A DNA stretch of 64,000 bases from Candidatus Micrarchaeota archaeon (GTDB lineage: Archaea; Micrarchaeota; Micrarchaeia; Micrarchaeales; Micrarchaeaceae), in the NCBI GenBank assembly GCA_027317945.1, contig DAHVQB010000001.1:9348-73347 (forward strand), written 5' to 3'. The first letter of the stretch is position 1; each line of letters starts with the position of its first letter. Below are positions 9,880-18,825 of this stretch, one piece after another. Below the pieces are notes generated by a model that saw only the letters and a program-made list of their open reading frames with translations, searched no databases and was not told the origin of the DNA. Both the position numbers and the translations under genes were made by a program.

Positions 9880-10935
9880 ATGCGTGATAACATTAAAGTG
9901 CTTTTAGTATCAAAGGAATTCGATGCCAAGAGCGTTGACGGCATAGGCCGCGCATCATATGAGATATGCCGCCACATGAGCAGCATACGCAAAGTGGAAA
10001 CGCTATCTCTTAAGGATTATGCTGGAAAGCACACCAACCCAATAGCGCAGGGGCTCTCTGCCATATTCAGCGAGAGCAGCGCAATACGGGCCACCGAGCG
10101 TATGAAGCCTGACGTAATACATTCAATGGCGCCCGATCACGCCACGCCACTAAAGGCCCATGCGAGGCTGAAAGTGCTCAAATGGAATGACATGCTTGTG
10201 TACGACAGGCTAAGGCATTCGTCAGGCTTGCACTGGCTGAAGTACAAGTTCAAGATAGCGCTCTGGGAGGAGGCGCATCGCCTGGCCGACGTCTTATTGG
10301 ACGTAAGCACACAGACGCAAAAGGAGCGCGAGGCGTACTTCGGCAATGAGAAGCCCAGCTACGTAGTGGCCGACGGGCTTGATGACATATTCATAAAGTC
10401 CAATATATGGAAAGGCGAGAGGAAGGATTTCGTCTATGTGGGTTCGGTCGAGTACGGCAACAAGAACATCCCTGGGTTGCTAAAATTCCTTTCAATGTTC
10501 CAGGAGGCAGGGCACGAAGATGCTGCCTTGCACATATTTACTTCTACGTATGGTGCGGGCGATTTTGTCGCACGCGCTAACTATTGCGGTGCCAAGAACG
10601 TCATAATCCACAAATCCGCATCCGATAAGGAACTCATGGGCTATCTTACAAAAGCCATAGCGCTGGCCCACATGTCAACAAGCGAAGGTTTCGGCATACC
10701 TATATTGGAGTCCATGGCGGCCGGGACGCCGGTGCTCACGCTGCAATCCGCCCACATACCGCTGGAAGTCACGAAATACGCCTGCAAAGGCACTATGGAC
10801 AAGCTAGTCGGGATAGCAGAACGCCTAATGGAAAGGCAGATGCCATTGGAAGAGCTGAAGATAAGATATGCAAGAACGTTCAACTGGGACAAAAAGGTAA
10901 GGGAAATAAGCAGTATATACGAAAGGGAGTTATAA
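9880..10935 (+). CDS. Glycosyltransferase, GT4 (GT-B fold) family
   Basis: The C-terminal signature STSEGFGIPILESMAAGTPVLT is typical of GT4/glycos_transf_1 enzymes. Confidence 0.8.
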   Translation: MRDNIKVLLVSKEFDAKSVDGIGRASYEICRHMSSIRKVETLSLKDYAGKHTNPIAQGLSAIFSESSAIRATERMKPDVIHSMAPDHATPLKAHARLKVLKWNDMLVYDRLRHSSGLHWLKYKFKIALWEEAHRLADVLLDVSTQTQKEREAYFGNEKPSYVVADGLDDIFIKSNIWKGERKDFVYVGSVEYGNKNIPGLLKFLSMFQEAGHEDAALHIFTSTYGAGDFVARANYCGAKNVIIHKSASDKELMGYLTKAIALAHMSTSEGFGIPILESMAAGTPVLTLQSAHIPLEVTKYACKGTMDKLVGIAERLMERQMPLEELKIRYARTFNWDKKVREISSIYEREL

Positions 10936-11090
10936 GATTTTTTTTCCGAAGTTTGAAAATCGGGAGAAGCCAATCGTAACATTTATAAATGTTTGCTATT
11001 TTTCATACCAAAGTATAAATATAATAATCGCGTTTTACTAATTTGCAAATCCTGGTTTTTGACCGGTTTGCGTGTCAAGTTCAGGTAAAT

Positions 11091-11100
11091 CTATATAAAT
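11091..11100 (+). promoter_or_regulatory. TATA-box-like element upstream of tRNA-Leu
   Basis: CTATATAAAT is centred about 27 nt upstream of the first tRNA nucleotide (11123), which is the standard archaeal promoter spacing. Confidence 0.4.
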
Positions 11101-11122
11101 CATGAATTCAAAATTCAAACGT

Positions 11123-11224
11123 GCAGGGATGGCGGAGCCTGGTCAAACGCGACGGACTCAAGATCCGTTGGCTTAGGCCTACGGGAGTTCAAAATGTCTT
11201 GAACAAATCTCTCTCCCTGCACCA
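11123..11224 (+). tRNA. tRNA-Leu(CAA) with a roughly 14-nt intron in the T-loop; CCA encoded
   Basis: Acceptor GCAGGGA/TCCCTGC; anticodon arm ACGGA-CTCAAGA-TCCGT; long variable arm. The T stem GGGAG/CTCTC encloses 21 nt (TTCAAAATGTCTTGAACAAAT) instead of 7. The 3' end is A-CCA. Confidence 0.85.
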
Positions 11225-11245
11225 TTGCGTTTATAGGTGAACACA

Positions 11246-11965
11246 ATGCCACAGAAAAACAAGAAAACCACGAAAGCAAAGAATGCCGTCAAGGAAGTAG
11301 GCCAGAAGGCAGTAAAGATAAAGGCTAAGGCCAAGAAAGTCAAGCTCAAGGAGTCAAAGATTTTTGATATACCAACCTACGCCCAGACAGAAGAGTTCAC
11401 GAGCGTTGCAGCCTGTGCCATGATGGTACTCAAATACGTAAACAAGAACTTCAAGATGCAGAAAGAGCAGGAGTTCGCGATATGGCAGGAGGCCGTCAAC
11501 GGGAGCGTCTGGCACGGATCGAGGTACGGCTTGGCGTATGCACTTGCAACCAGGGGCACCAACCCTACAATAGTGAGCAACGTAAAAGACGAGGGTTATG
11601 AAAAGAAGCTTGCCGTATACGAAGGCATAAATCTCGATACCCTCAGCGCATCTTTCATAGAGATAAAGGAGAAGATAAAGGGCCTTAACGTTAAGGAGCT
11701 TTATGCGCAGACTACCATAAATACGATAAAGAAGCACATAAACAAAGGCCTCATACCAATAGTCCTTGTAAATGCAAACGTCATAAACCCGTACCTTGAG
11801 ACTTCACCGCACTGGGTTGTAATAAAGGGTTACGACAAGGACACGTTCTACATAAACGATCCGTATTCGGATAGCACCATAGCCATGGAGCCGGATGTTT
11901 TCAAGCAGGCTCTGGGTTATGAGAACGAGTGCCATCTTGTTGCCGTAAGTTCCAGGAGGAAGTAA
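11246..11965 (+). CDS. Peptidase C39-like (papain-fold) domain protein with Lys-rich N-terminal tail
   Basis: The Cys region is EEFTSVAACAMMVLKYV and the His region is SPHWVVIKGYDKDTFYINDPY, as in C39-like peptidases. It is preceded by about 40 aa of K/A-rich sequence. The ATG at 11246 is preferred over GTG at 11237. Confidence 0.55.
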   Translation: MPQKNKKTTKAKNAVKEVGQKAVKIKAKAKKVKLKESKIFDIPTYAQTEEFTSVAACAMMVLKYVNKNFKMQKEQEFAIWQEAVNGSVWHGSRYGLAYALATRGTNPTIVSNVKDEGYEKKLAVYEGINLDTLSASFIEIKEKIKGLNVKELYAQTTINTIKKHINKGLIPIVLVNANVINPYLETSPHWVVIKGYDKDTFYINDPYSDSTIAMEPDVFKQALGYENECHLVAVSSRRK

Positions 11966-12022
11966 TTCCTCCATTTTTAAGTTTTGGCCAGCCTTACAGC
12001 GGCGGCTTTGCGCAATTGCTGG

Positions 12023-13126
12023 TCATTGCGCTTTCTTTATCGCACTTAACACGCAATCGATTTCTGCATTTGTCTTTATGCTGTCTTTGTCGAATTGCGT
12101 CCTGGAAACTTTGTAGCCTTCTTTCTCTATGGTGTCAATCACCGATTTCATGCTGACCGATCCGATGTGCATTTTTCTGGTCATTGCCGGCAATGAGTAA
12201 TGAAACGGGATATCTATCTCGTCCCTGATCAAAGCGGCGAAATTCACCGTCTTTGTTTCGGCCTCTTGGTCGGACAGATTAGCTACAACATCGCCAATAA
12301 GGCTCTTGTTAGATAAGCTTCCTGTCCATAGCTTTCCACCTATCTGCAGCCTGCTGCCGCATGCCTTGCAATCCCGGGTTTTCGGCACGTTGCCCGAATC
12401 GCAGTATACTGCCTTGCAGCTGTTGCAGTAACCAACGTAGCCAAGCGATGAAACCGTTGACATAGCTGCCCCGTTTCCCCTCTTTAGCTCTATGAACGCG
12501 CGCATGTAGTGCATGTAAGAGAGCGCCATGTGCACGCGTATGCCCAGATTAAACTGCGCAGCTATCCTAGCCATGTAGCCTATCATTATGCGCATTCCAG
12601 TTTCATGACATAACTCATTGTGGAGCGGCATTGCATCATAAAGCCTAAGGCAGGCTTTGCTTTCTGCGCCGCATAGCACTGCGGTATCTGTCGCAGTTGC
12701 CATGATATACGAGCTGCCCTGCCCTATAACCTTCATGAGATCATAAATGTAAGGGCTGATGCCACCGAATGGGTCGAGGTCTATTATGCCAAAATTCCTT
12801 TCGGTAGTGTTGGCGAATTCCTGTATACTAGTGTTGATTGCGCATTCGCCCCGAATCGAATTCATGGCAAGGTTCCTGGCGAGGTCCGCATAAGCCCTGT
12901 CATTTATCTCTAAAAAAGAGACGTCATCGATTCCTGCTTCTAGGTGATACCTGATTCCCCTTATTCCAGTCGCGGCAGTTGCGTCCAGCAAGGCAGTCTT
13001 ACCAACGCCAAGAGCCTTTACGAATGCGACACTGATGTCCCTTGAGGCCCTCGCATTGGGATTGAGGAACGACATTCCGGTTTTGTAGACCTTTGCCTTG
13101 CCTTCAGTGTATATGTCGTTGTCCAT
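12023..13126 (-). CDS. trm1: tRNA (guanine26-N2)-dimethyltransferase Trm1
   Basis: SAM-MTase motifs are present (LDATAATGIRGIRY, IIDLDPFGGISPY), plus a C-terminal Cys cluster (CNSCKAVYC...CKACGSRL). I chose the ATG at 13126 (MDNDIYTEGKAKV); the longer ORF would overlap the upstream gene. Confidence 0.85.
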   Translation of the reverse strand: MDNDIYTEGKAKVYKTGMSFLNPNARASRDISVAFVKALGVGKTALLDATAATGIRGIRYHLEAGIDDVSFLEINDRAYADLARNLAMNSIRGECAINTSIQEFANTTERNFGIIDLDPFGGISPYIYDLMKVIGQGSSYIMATATDTAVLCGAESKACLRLYDAMPLHNELCHETGMRIMIGYMARIAAQFNLGIRVHMALSYMHYMRAFIELKRGNGAAMSTVSSLGYVGYCNSCKAVYCDSGNVPKTRDCKACGSRLQIGGKLWTGSLSNKSLIGDVVANLSDQEAETKTVNFAALIRDEIDIPFHYSLPAMTRKMHIGSVSMKSVIDTIEKEGYKVSRTQFDKDSIKTNAEIDCVLSAIKKAQ

Positions 13127-13145
13127 AAAACCACTACCGCCAAAA

Positions 13146-13397
13146 CTAGAGTATCTTGAGTACCGCATCAAGCAGGCCGTGTGCATATGAAATGCACGAA
13201 AATGACGTATAAAGGTCGTTCTTGTTGAGATAGCTCTGCGAATCGCTGGCATACATCTTGGATAGTTCGACAACCTCCCCTATCCTCTTGTCGAGCGGCA
13301 TTTTTGCCTCTATCGACTTTATGTTTTCATGGAACATTGCGATATCCTTGCTTATGCGCTTTACTACGGGATCATCAGTTTTGTTCTCGGTCATCAT
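13146..13397 (-). CDS. DUF357-family small protein
   Basis: 83 aa. The C-terminal pattern YASDSQSYLNKNDLYTSFSCISYAHGLLDA resembles the DUF357 signature (Y..D...f...gD...a.....YahGwLDa). Confidence 0.5.
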   Translation of the reverse strand: MMTENKTDDPVVKRISKDIAMFHENIKSIEAKMPLDKRIGEVVELSKMYASDSQSYLNKNDLYTSFSCISYAHGLLDAVLKIL

Positions 13398-13450
13398 GCC
13401 ACCATGCTATTATTTATAGTTTGATTAGCAAGATTTAAAATTGTGGTTTA

Positions 13451-14047
13451 ATGGCGGATCTATGGAGCGATTATACTGACATGCTAATAACTCAATTTGA
13501 TGCAAACTCAGGCAAGGACCGCAAGATATCTGCAAGAGATTTCTTGAGCGACCCGCTTAAATATGGTTCAGAAGAGGGCATAAATGAGATCGCGGAGTCG
13601 ATGCACAAGGACTTGACCGCATTCATTGATAACAGCATCCAGTCAGTACCGACACTTAAGACAGAATTCGAATCCGCCCTTCAGAGGTGCGACTCCGCTA
13701 CAACACTGATTTCCCAAGCCATAGCTGCGCGTGCAAAGACCAGCAAAATACCTGTCATAAGGCCGGTCTCGGTCGAAAGGAACACACCCGAAGAGATAAT
13801 AAGCGTATTGGAATCTACGCCAGATGTAAACTCTATGATAGATAAGCTCACGTCCGGTTCTTACTTGATTGCCGACTTTACGAGGGATGTAGAAGGCAAG
13901 AAGATCGGCAACTGGCTTTTCAGTGGTGCTAAGAACTATGTGCTGAACATATACATTCCATACAACGAGTACAAGTCATTGAAGGACAGCAAGAATGAAC
14001 TTAACACCCTGTTCGAAGTGGCTTTGCGCCTCATCAAAAAATCCTGA
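13451..14047 (+). CDS. Hypothetical protein
   Basis: 198-aa ORF with plausible composition, filling the gap between flanking genes. No motif was recognised. Confidence 0.45.
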   Translation: MADLWSDYTDMLITQFDANSGKDRKISARDFLSDPLKYGSEEGINEIAESMHKDLTAFIDNSIQSVPTLKTEFESALQRCDSATTLISQAIAARAKTSKIPVIRPVSVERNTPEEIISVLESTPDVNSMIDKLTSGSYLIADFTRDVEGKKIGNWLFSGAKNYVLNIYIPYNEYKSLKDSKNELNTLFEVALRLIKKS

Positions 14048-14062
14048 TTCGACAGTGCTATA

Positions 14063-14632
14063 ATGATGATAGGAATTACGGGCACCGCAGGGGCGGGCAA
14101 GAGCTTTTTTGCGCAGATTGTCAAGGAAACGATCCCTTCATTCTCCATAATGGAACTGAATGACATAGCTGCAGAGCACAATCTCTTCTCCGGCACTGAC
14201 AAGTTCGGAACAAGGATTGTAAAAGTGAGCGCGCTGAACTCGAAGGTAAAAGCGTTACAAAAAAATGGCAAGGATGCCAACATCGCGCTTGTCGGTCACT
14301 TACTGCCGGAACTTAAGACGGATTTAGACATGGTTTTCGTGGTAAGGGCTAACCTTGAAGAATTGATAAAAAGACTCGAGGGCAGAGGCTACCAATTCGA
14401 GAAAATAAAAGATAACATAATAGCGGAAGCGCTTGATTATTGCGGAGTCAACAGCATTCATCTGTCAAAGGACGTATTCGAGATAGAAGGCAGGGCTGAG
14501 ATGGAGAATGCGGCGAAGTTGCTAAAGGCGCATATTGAGCACGGCAAGCCGATTGACATAAAAAATAAGCCCATAGACAAGATGCCCGAGCTTCTCTCAC
14601 TCATAAAGGGCGCTAACAAGTATAAGTTCTGA
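14063..14632 (+). CDS. P-loop NTPase, Fap7/AK6-type adenylate kinase-like
   Basis: It has a Walker A motif (GITGTAGAGKS) and the C-terminal pattern RLEGRGYQFEKIKDNIIAEALDYC, typical of Fap7/AK6 (RL..RGY...K..eN..aE). Confidence 0.6.
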   Translation: MMIGITGTAGAGKSFFAQIVKETIPSFSIMELNDIAAEHNLFSGTDKFGTRIVKVSALNSKVKALQKNGKDANIALVGHLLPELKTDLDMVFVVRANLEELIKRLEGRGYQFEKIKDNIIAEALDYCGVNSIHLSKDVFEIEGRAEMENAAKLLKAHIEHGKPIDIKNKPIDKMPELLSLIKGANKYKF

Positions 14633-16051
14633 CTAAAAATGCTTTATTCTGGCCGATTCGAACGCTTCGTAAAGCATCTTCGCATAGTCTTCCGGTATGT
14701 CATTGTTCGAGTAAAAGAAGCTGCCCGCCGTTTTTATATGCGATGGCATTATAAAGTTAGGATCGCGCTTAAGTCCGCGAAGTAAGCTTTCGGCACTCAC
14801 ATGGCGCGGCTTTTCGATTGAAATGAGCTTATCATCATAAAGGAAGAATCCAAAGCTCGCCTTATGCGCCTTGAAAAATGCATTTGCCGAGCCGCCCATG
14901 AAGGCGGATGGTCCACCGAGAGGCACAGATCCTAAATTCGTTCTATTCATGAAAAACGCTATGATGCAGGAGCTTTTGGAGGCATTCTGCAGCGCCAATA
15001 CCGGAGGAAAGCCGTTTTTGGCTAGCATGGTGCATATCCTGCCCTTAAGTTTCACTAGTTGTTCCCATATTATGTCATCCGCGATGTCGTCCGACTCTAA
15101 TGCAAGCAGGTATACATCAAGGCCCATTGACTTATGCAGTCCGATTACTGCATCCCTTGATATAATGGTAGAGTATTTCGCTCCGGAGAAAGTTTTCATG
15201 TCCGCTTTCTTCATCAGCGCCTTGGCTAGTATTACAAATCTAGCCGCTGAGCTTTTTGAAAGGCTTGCAGCTACATTCCTGTTCACGTCAGTCGGATCTA
15301 TGAATATGAAGTCCGTTTTGAATTGCTTTATGAGTGCAGTACCCTCTGCAGATTTTGGGTCTATCTCGGCCTTGTTGCCCACGTCTATTATCAATGGTAA
15401 CTTAAGGTCGGCGAACCTGCCAATTACACCGTTGAACGATCCGTAATTGGATATCATAAGCTCGCACAAATATCCGGAGAACCCATGCACCTGCGCTTCG
15501 GCCCCATAAATTTGGTGATTCTTGAGGAATGCTTTCAGTATCCTTACATCATCCTTCTGCCTTTCGTTAAGGTGTTTGTTTACGAATTCATTGTGTAATG
15601 GGGTCCTATCAACTGCGCTTCCCATCTCTGCGGCAGTCCTTATCCTGAAAGCCGGCACAATGTCCGCGCTTATCTCGCCGCCATCAAATAAAACCTTGAC
15701 GTACGGATGTTCCGCATATTTTATGATGAACGACTCCCCTTTCTTCTTGTTGACTATCTTTTGGGCTATCTTAAGCCCCATAGCTTCCATCTTCCTCTCA
15801 TCTCTGCTCTTCGGGAACAATAAGAATATGTCAATGTCATAGCTTCCGCGGACCTGGGTTCCCCGGGCAACTGATCCTGCAGTGATTATCTCAACATCTT
15901 TAGGCGCCACTGCCTTTAGCCTGGCTATTATGTCATTAGCCCTGTAAGTGGCTAGCTTGATCTCCTCATCGGTAGGCTTTATGCTGTCAAGTATGCGGGC
16001 CCTAAGGCTGCCAATCACATTCATGTGGTTCCTGCCTGTAGCTTTGGCCAT
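14633..16051 (-). CDS. cca: CCA-adding enzyme (class I tRNA nucleotidyltransferase)
   Basis: The catalytic motif is AGSVARGTQVRGSYDIDIFLLFP, and the length (472 aa) and layout fit the archaeal class I enzyme. An alternative ATG lies at 16024. Confidence 0.85.
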   Translation of the reverse strand: MAKATGRNHMNVIGSLRARILDSIKPTDEEIKLATYRANDIIARLKAVAPKDVEIITAGSVARGTQVRGSYDIDIFLLFPKSRDERKMEAMGLKIAQKIVNKKKGESFIIKYAEHPYVKVLFDGGEISADIVPAFRIRTAAEMGSAVDRTPLHNEFVNKHLNERQKDDVRILKAFLKNHQIYGAEAQVHGFSGYLCELMISNYGSFNGVIGRFADLKLPLIIDVGNKAEIDPKSAEGTALIKQFKTDFIFIDPTDVNRNVAASLSKSSAARFVILAKALMKKADMKTFSGAKYSTIISRDAVIGLHKSMGLDVYLLALESDDIADDIIWEQLVKLKGRICTMLAKNGFPPVLALQNASKSSCIIAFFMNRTNLGSVPLGGPSAFMGGSANAFFKAHKASFGFFLYDDKLISIEKPRHVSAESLLRGLKRDPNFIMPSHIKTAGSFFYSNNDIPEDYAKMLYEAFESARIKHF

Positions 16052-16078
16052 AAACTCAGCTATACATGGCTAAAAAAC

Positions 16079-16092
16079 CTTAAATACTTTTA
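16079..16092 (+). promoter_or_regulatory. TATA-box-like element upstream of tRNA-Ala
   Basis: CTTAAATACTTTTA lies about 25-30 nt upstream of position 16111. Confidence 0.35.
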
Positions 16093-16110
16093 AATCAAAC
16101 AGTTCAGCAT

Positions 16111-16182
16111 GGGCTCGTGGCTCAGTAGTAGAGCGTTCCGTTCGCAACGGAAAGGTCGCGGGTGCGATTCCCGCCGAGTCCA
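16111..16182 (+). tRNA. tRNA-Ala(CGC), no intron, CCA not encoded
   Basis: Acceptor GGGCTCG/CGAGTCC contains the G3:U70 alanine identity pair. Anticodon arm TTCCG-TTCGCAA-CGGAA; T arm GCGGG-TGCGATT-CCCGC. Confidence 0.9.
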
Positions 16183-16225
16183 CATGAGTATTTCATAAAC
16201 AACAAAAGTCGCATTCCTTAGAAAC

Positions 16226-17749
16226 ATGCCGGGAATAACGCCTGATGGGATTTTATCTTTTCTTAGCCAAAATGATAATAGGATTCAAACCCATCCCCTG
16301 CGAATGGCGATTGATACGGTAGATTTGAAAGTTTCACTGTCTGGGTTGCTGCAGTATGCAGCAATGGTAATTATATTTGTGCTTGCCCTGGTTGCAATAC
16401 TCACAATGTACGGAATGGGTGGCGTGCAGTGGGACTTCATCGCCCACTGGCTTAGTGCAAGGTCGTTGGTCACTCCAGCATTCTATTCCACGCTGCTGAA
16501 TGGCAATCTTGCCAATGCCATACTATATTCCAATTCCTTCTATTTCGAAACGCTGAGGGCTCCGCTAACGGGCGTTATGATGATACCATTCGTAGCACTG
16601 GGCGGCAATGGCGCCGTGCCTGTCTACTTTGCCTCGGTGCTATCGTTCCTCCTGCTATCCGCTATCTACATTTCCCGCAAGTTTGAGATTCCCCCGTTGA
16701 TACTGGTACTGCTGATATTTACTCCGTATGTAGCACTTTTCCTGCTGCTGCTCAATGGCACTGAGATTGTATCAATGGGCATCATGCTGGTAGCCGTAGC
16801 ACTTCTTTTGAAGAATGATTGGAAATCAGGAATCGCAATAGGCTTGGCAGGGCTGGCGAAATACCCCAACCTCATATTCATTCCATTGATTTTCCTGCTG
16901 CCGCGCAAGGAAAGGTACAAAGCCTTCCTGGCAGCTTTTCTTGTTAGCTTACCGTGGCTTCTATTCAACACCGCAGTGTATCATATCCCGATATTCAGCT
17001 ACATAATTTCGGTAGGTGCATTTTCAGGGGGAGGCACAAATAATGGGTACTTCCCGATAGCTGTGATGCTACAGTCACTCTGGTTGATACTGCCGGAGCT
17101 TGCGCCAGCGCTCTTGATATTGGTTGTGGCGATGATCACAAATAGCGGTAAAGGTGCCGCTTGGCTCAAGTGTCCTTGGAAGCGGTTGACAACGCTCAAG
17201 CTCGATTATAGATACAAGGTAATCCTATGTTTCTTAGGGTTAGGGGTTCTTGCCTGGTTGCTTACCGCCATAAGGGGCTCTATCAATGATCTGCCAAGGC
17301 TAGGTTACCTCATATATGGGGGCTTGGCATTGTTGTTTGCAGTTTCAATCCATGACCTATTCACTAAATGGCATGTTACCAGGCTCGTCTATGTATCTTA
17401 TGTGTCTGTCTTGTTTGTAATAATGGCAGCGATATTAATCACATGGACACCATATACGGGATACGTGTTTAGAGGGTCATCAAATCCTACTCTGCTAGCA
17501 GCAGAAAGTGCGATAAATGGTTCGGGGATCTCGAAGTGCAACATGGTGTCTAACAACTGGGTCTATCTAATATATGCAGGGTATAAAGCACATTTTCCAT
17601 ACTACTACAACTTTACAGTGCAACATTATCCTATTGTCTACTTTACTGACCTTGGCGCGAACAACACGGCTGTGAACTTTGCCAATATGACTAAGGAACT
17701 GAAATATCCAGGTCTATTAGTCGCCTTCCCTAAGAATTATACGTGCTAA
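16226..17749 (+). CDS. Polytopic integral membrane protein, possibly a GT-C-fold glycosyltransferase
   Basis: 507 aa with more than 10 predicted hydrophobic helices and a short soluble C-terminus carrying sequons (NFT, NNT, NMT, NYT). The functional call is weak. Confidence 0.4.
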   Translation: MPGITPDGILSFLSQNDNRIQTHPLRMAIDTVDLKVSLSGLLQYAAMVIIFVLALVAILTMYGMGGVQWDFIAHWLSARSLVTPAFYSTLLNGNLANAILYSNSFYFETLRAPLTGVMMIPFVALGGNGAVPVYFASVLSFLLLSAIYISRKFEIPPLILVLLIFTPYVALFLLLLNGTEIVSMGIMLVAVALLLKNDWKSGIAIGLAGLAKYPNLIFIPLIFLLPRKERYKAFLAAFLVSLPWLLFNTAVYHIPIFSYIISVGAFSGGGTNNGYFPIAVMLQSLWLILPELAPALLILVVAMITNSGKGAAWLKCPWKRLTTLKLDYRYKVILCFLGLGVLAWLLTAIRGSINDLPRLGYLIYGGLALLFAVSIHDLFTKWHVTRLVYVSYVSVLFVIMAAILITWTPYTGYVFRGSSNPTLLAAESAINGSGISKCNMVSNNWVYLIYAGYKAHFPYYYNFTVQHYPIVYFTDLGANNTAVNFANMTKELKYPGLLVAFPKNYTC

Positions 17750-18407
17750 TTCCCTGCTACTATAAAGCCGTATAAATACTGTCATATCAATACGTTGGGT
17801 ATGCCATATAAATCGCAGCGGTACTGGTAATAATTAGGTATGTTGAGCTGACATACTCTCCTATCTCAAGGATAGGAGGTTCTCGGTGATTCAATGACCA
17901 CTTCATATTTTAGAGAACATTACCAGTTTCAAGGCCGCAGAGCATCCTTGCGTTGCCTTTCTGGGCGTATCAGTGCTGCCCTTGCATGCATCCCTGTCTG
18001 TATTCAATCGGGATATGCCCTTATTCAGCATCTTTGGATGGATGCTGAAACATTCCCTACTGTGGATTTCGTGCCACAGCACATCAACCTGACGCATCCT
18101 GCACTCAATTCTGAATACTCGTTTCGGATGTGCTTCAGACATATGCAGGGGACATTGATGATATTATGACGGCAAACCATAAAAGCACGCATTCATCCCT
18201 TATCTAAAGGACAAGGGCTTTCTGCTATTCATTCTGTAAAGATAGTGCTAAGGAAGAACAGGCAGTACCATTCCCTAGCGATATCATTACTGCAGAGGGG
18301 AACAGTTGTAGCAATGCTTGCAACACTTCTGTATTCAATGGCATTGGAAATGACTATTTCAACAAGATATTCTACATGTCATTCCTTCTGCTGATACTTA
18401 CAAACAT

Positions 18408-18743
18408 GCTTCATGGAACAGGTTTATGCAAATGCTTTCATACAAGGCTGAAAGTGCTGGTTTGAGTGTAGTCAAGGTGGATGCAAGGAACACCTCAAAG
18501 GAATGCAGTAGTTGTGGTAACATTCGGGAGATGCCACTCTCGGAAAGAGCGTACATCTGCCAGAGATGCGGAATGTCAAAGGACAGGGACATAAACGCAT
18601 CAATAAACATACTCAACAGAGCTACCCCCGGACAGAGGGAAAGTCACGCCCAGGGAGAGAACGTAAGACCCCAACAGGAGGCGACTCCCGGCGAACTGGG
18701 AACCGATAAAACACATCCTTTGCGGGATGCAGCGATTGCATGA
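18408..18743 (+). pseudogene. tnpB: 5'-truncated tnpB (IS200/IS605, IS1341-type) remnant
   Basis: Only the C-terminal RuvC-III/Zn-ribbon part is present: ASWNRFMQMLSYKAESAGLSVVKVDARNTSKECSSCGN...CQRCG...DRDINASINILNRA. It is colinear with the second copy at 52119-52565. An in-frame stop lies just upstream at 18351. Confidence 0.75.
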
Positions 18744-18789
18744 ACGCAGAGGAAGCCCACGCCGTTCACGGGTGGGGAATGTCACCACA
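18600..18789 (+). ncRNA. Candidate TnpB omega-RNA (reRNA) scaffold / right end of IS remnant
   Basis: It shares sequence blocks with copy 2 (GTCACGC.CAGGGAGAG...GTAAGACCCCAAC.GGAGGC; GGAAGCC; GGAATGTCACCACAT). The hairpin CCCAC(18755-18759)/GTGGG(18771-18775) is matched in copy 2 by CCAAC/GTTGG, a compensatory change. Boundaries are approximate. Confidence 0.45.
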
Positions 18790-18825
18790 TAAAGTGCCTT
18801 TACCGCGGCTTTTTGGGATGGTTGC

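Noticed and set aside
8289-9992. Long form of the phosphodiesterase ORF (567 aa)
   Set aside because: The first 58 codons overlap the divergent GT4 gene start and promoter region. The ATG at 9818 immediately precedes the conserved core.
12023-13273. Long form of the trm1 ORF (416 aa)
   Set aside because: The N-terminal 49 codons overlap the DUF357 gene and do not resemble Trm1. The internal ATG at 13126 gives a canonical N-terminus.
17750-18407. SRP (7S) RNA in this region or in 61499-61883
   Set aside because: I could not find the conserved helix 8 motifs (GNAR-capped stem with AGCA/GGAA-type loops) or Alu-domain features on either strand. This needs an Infernal scan for a definitive answer.
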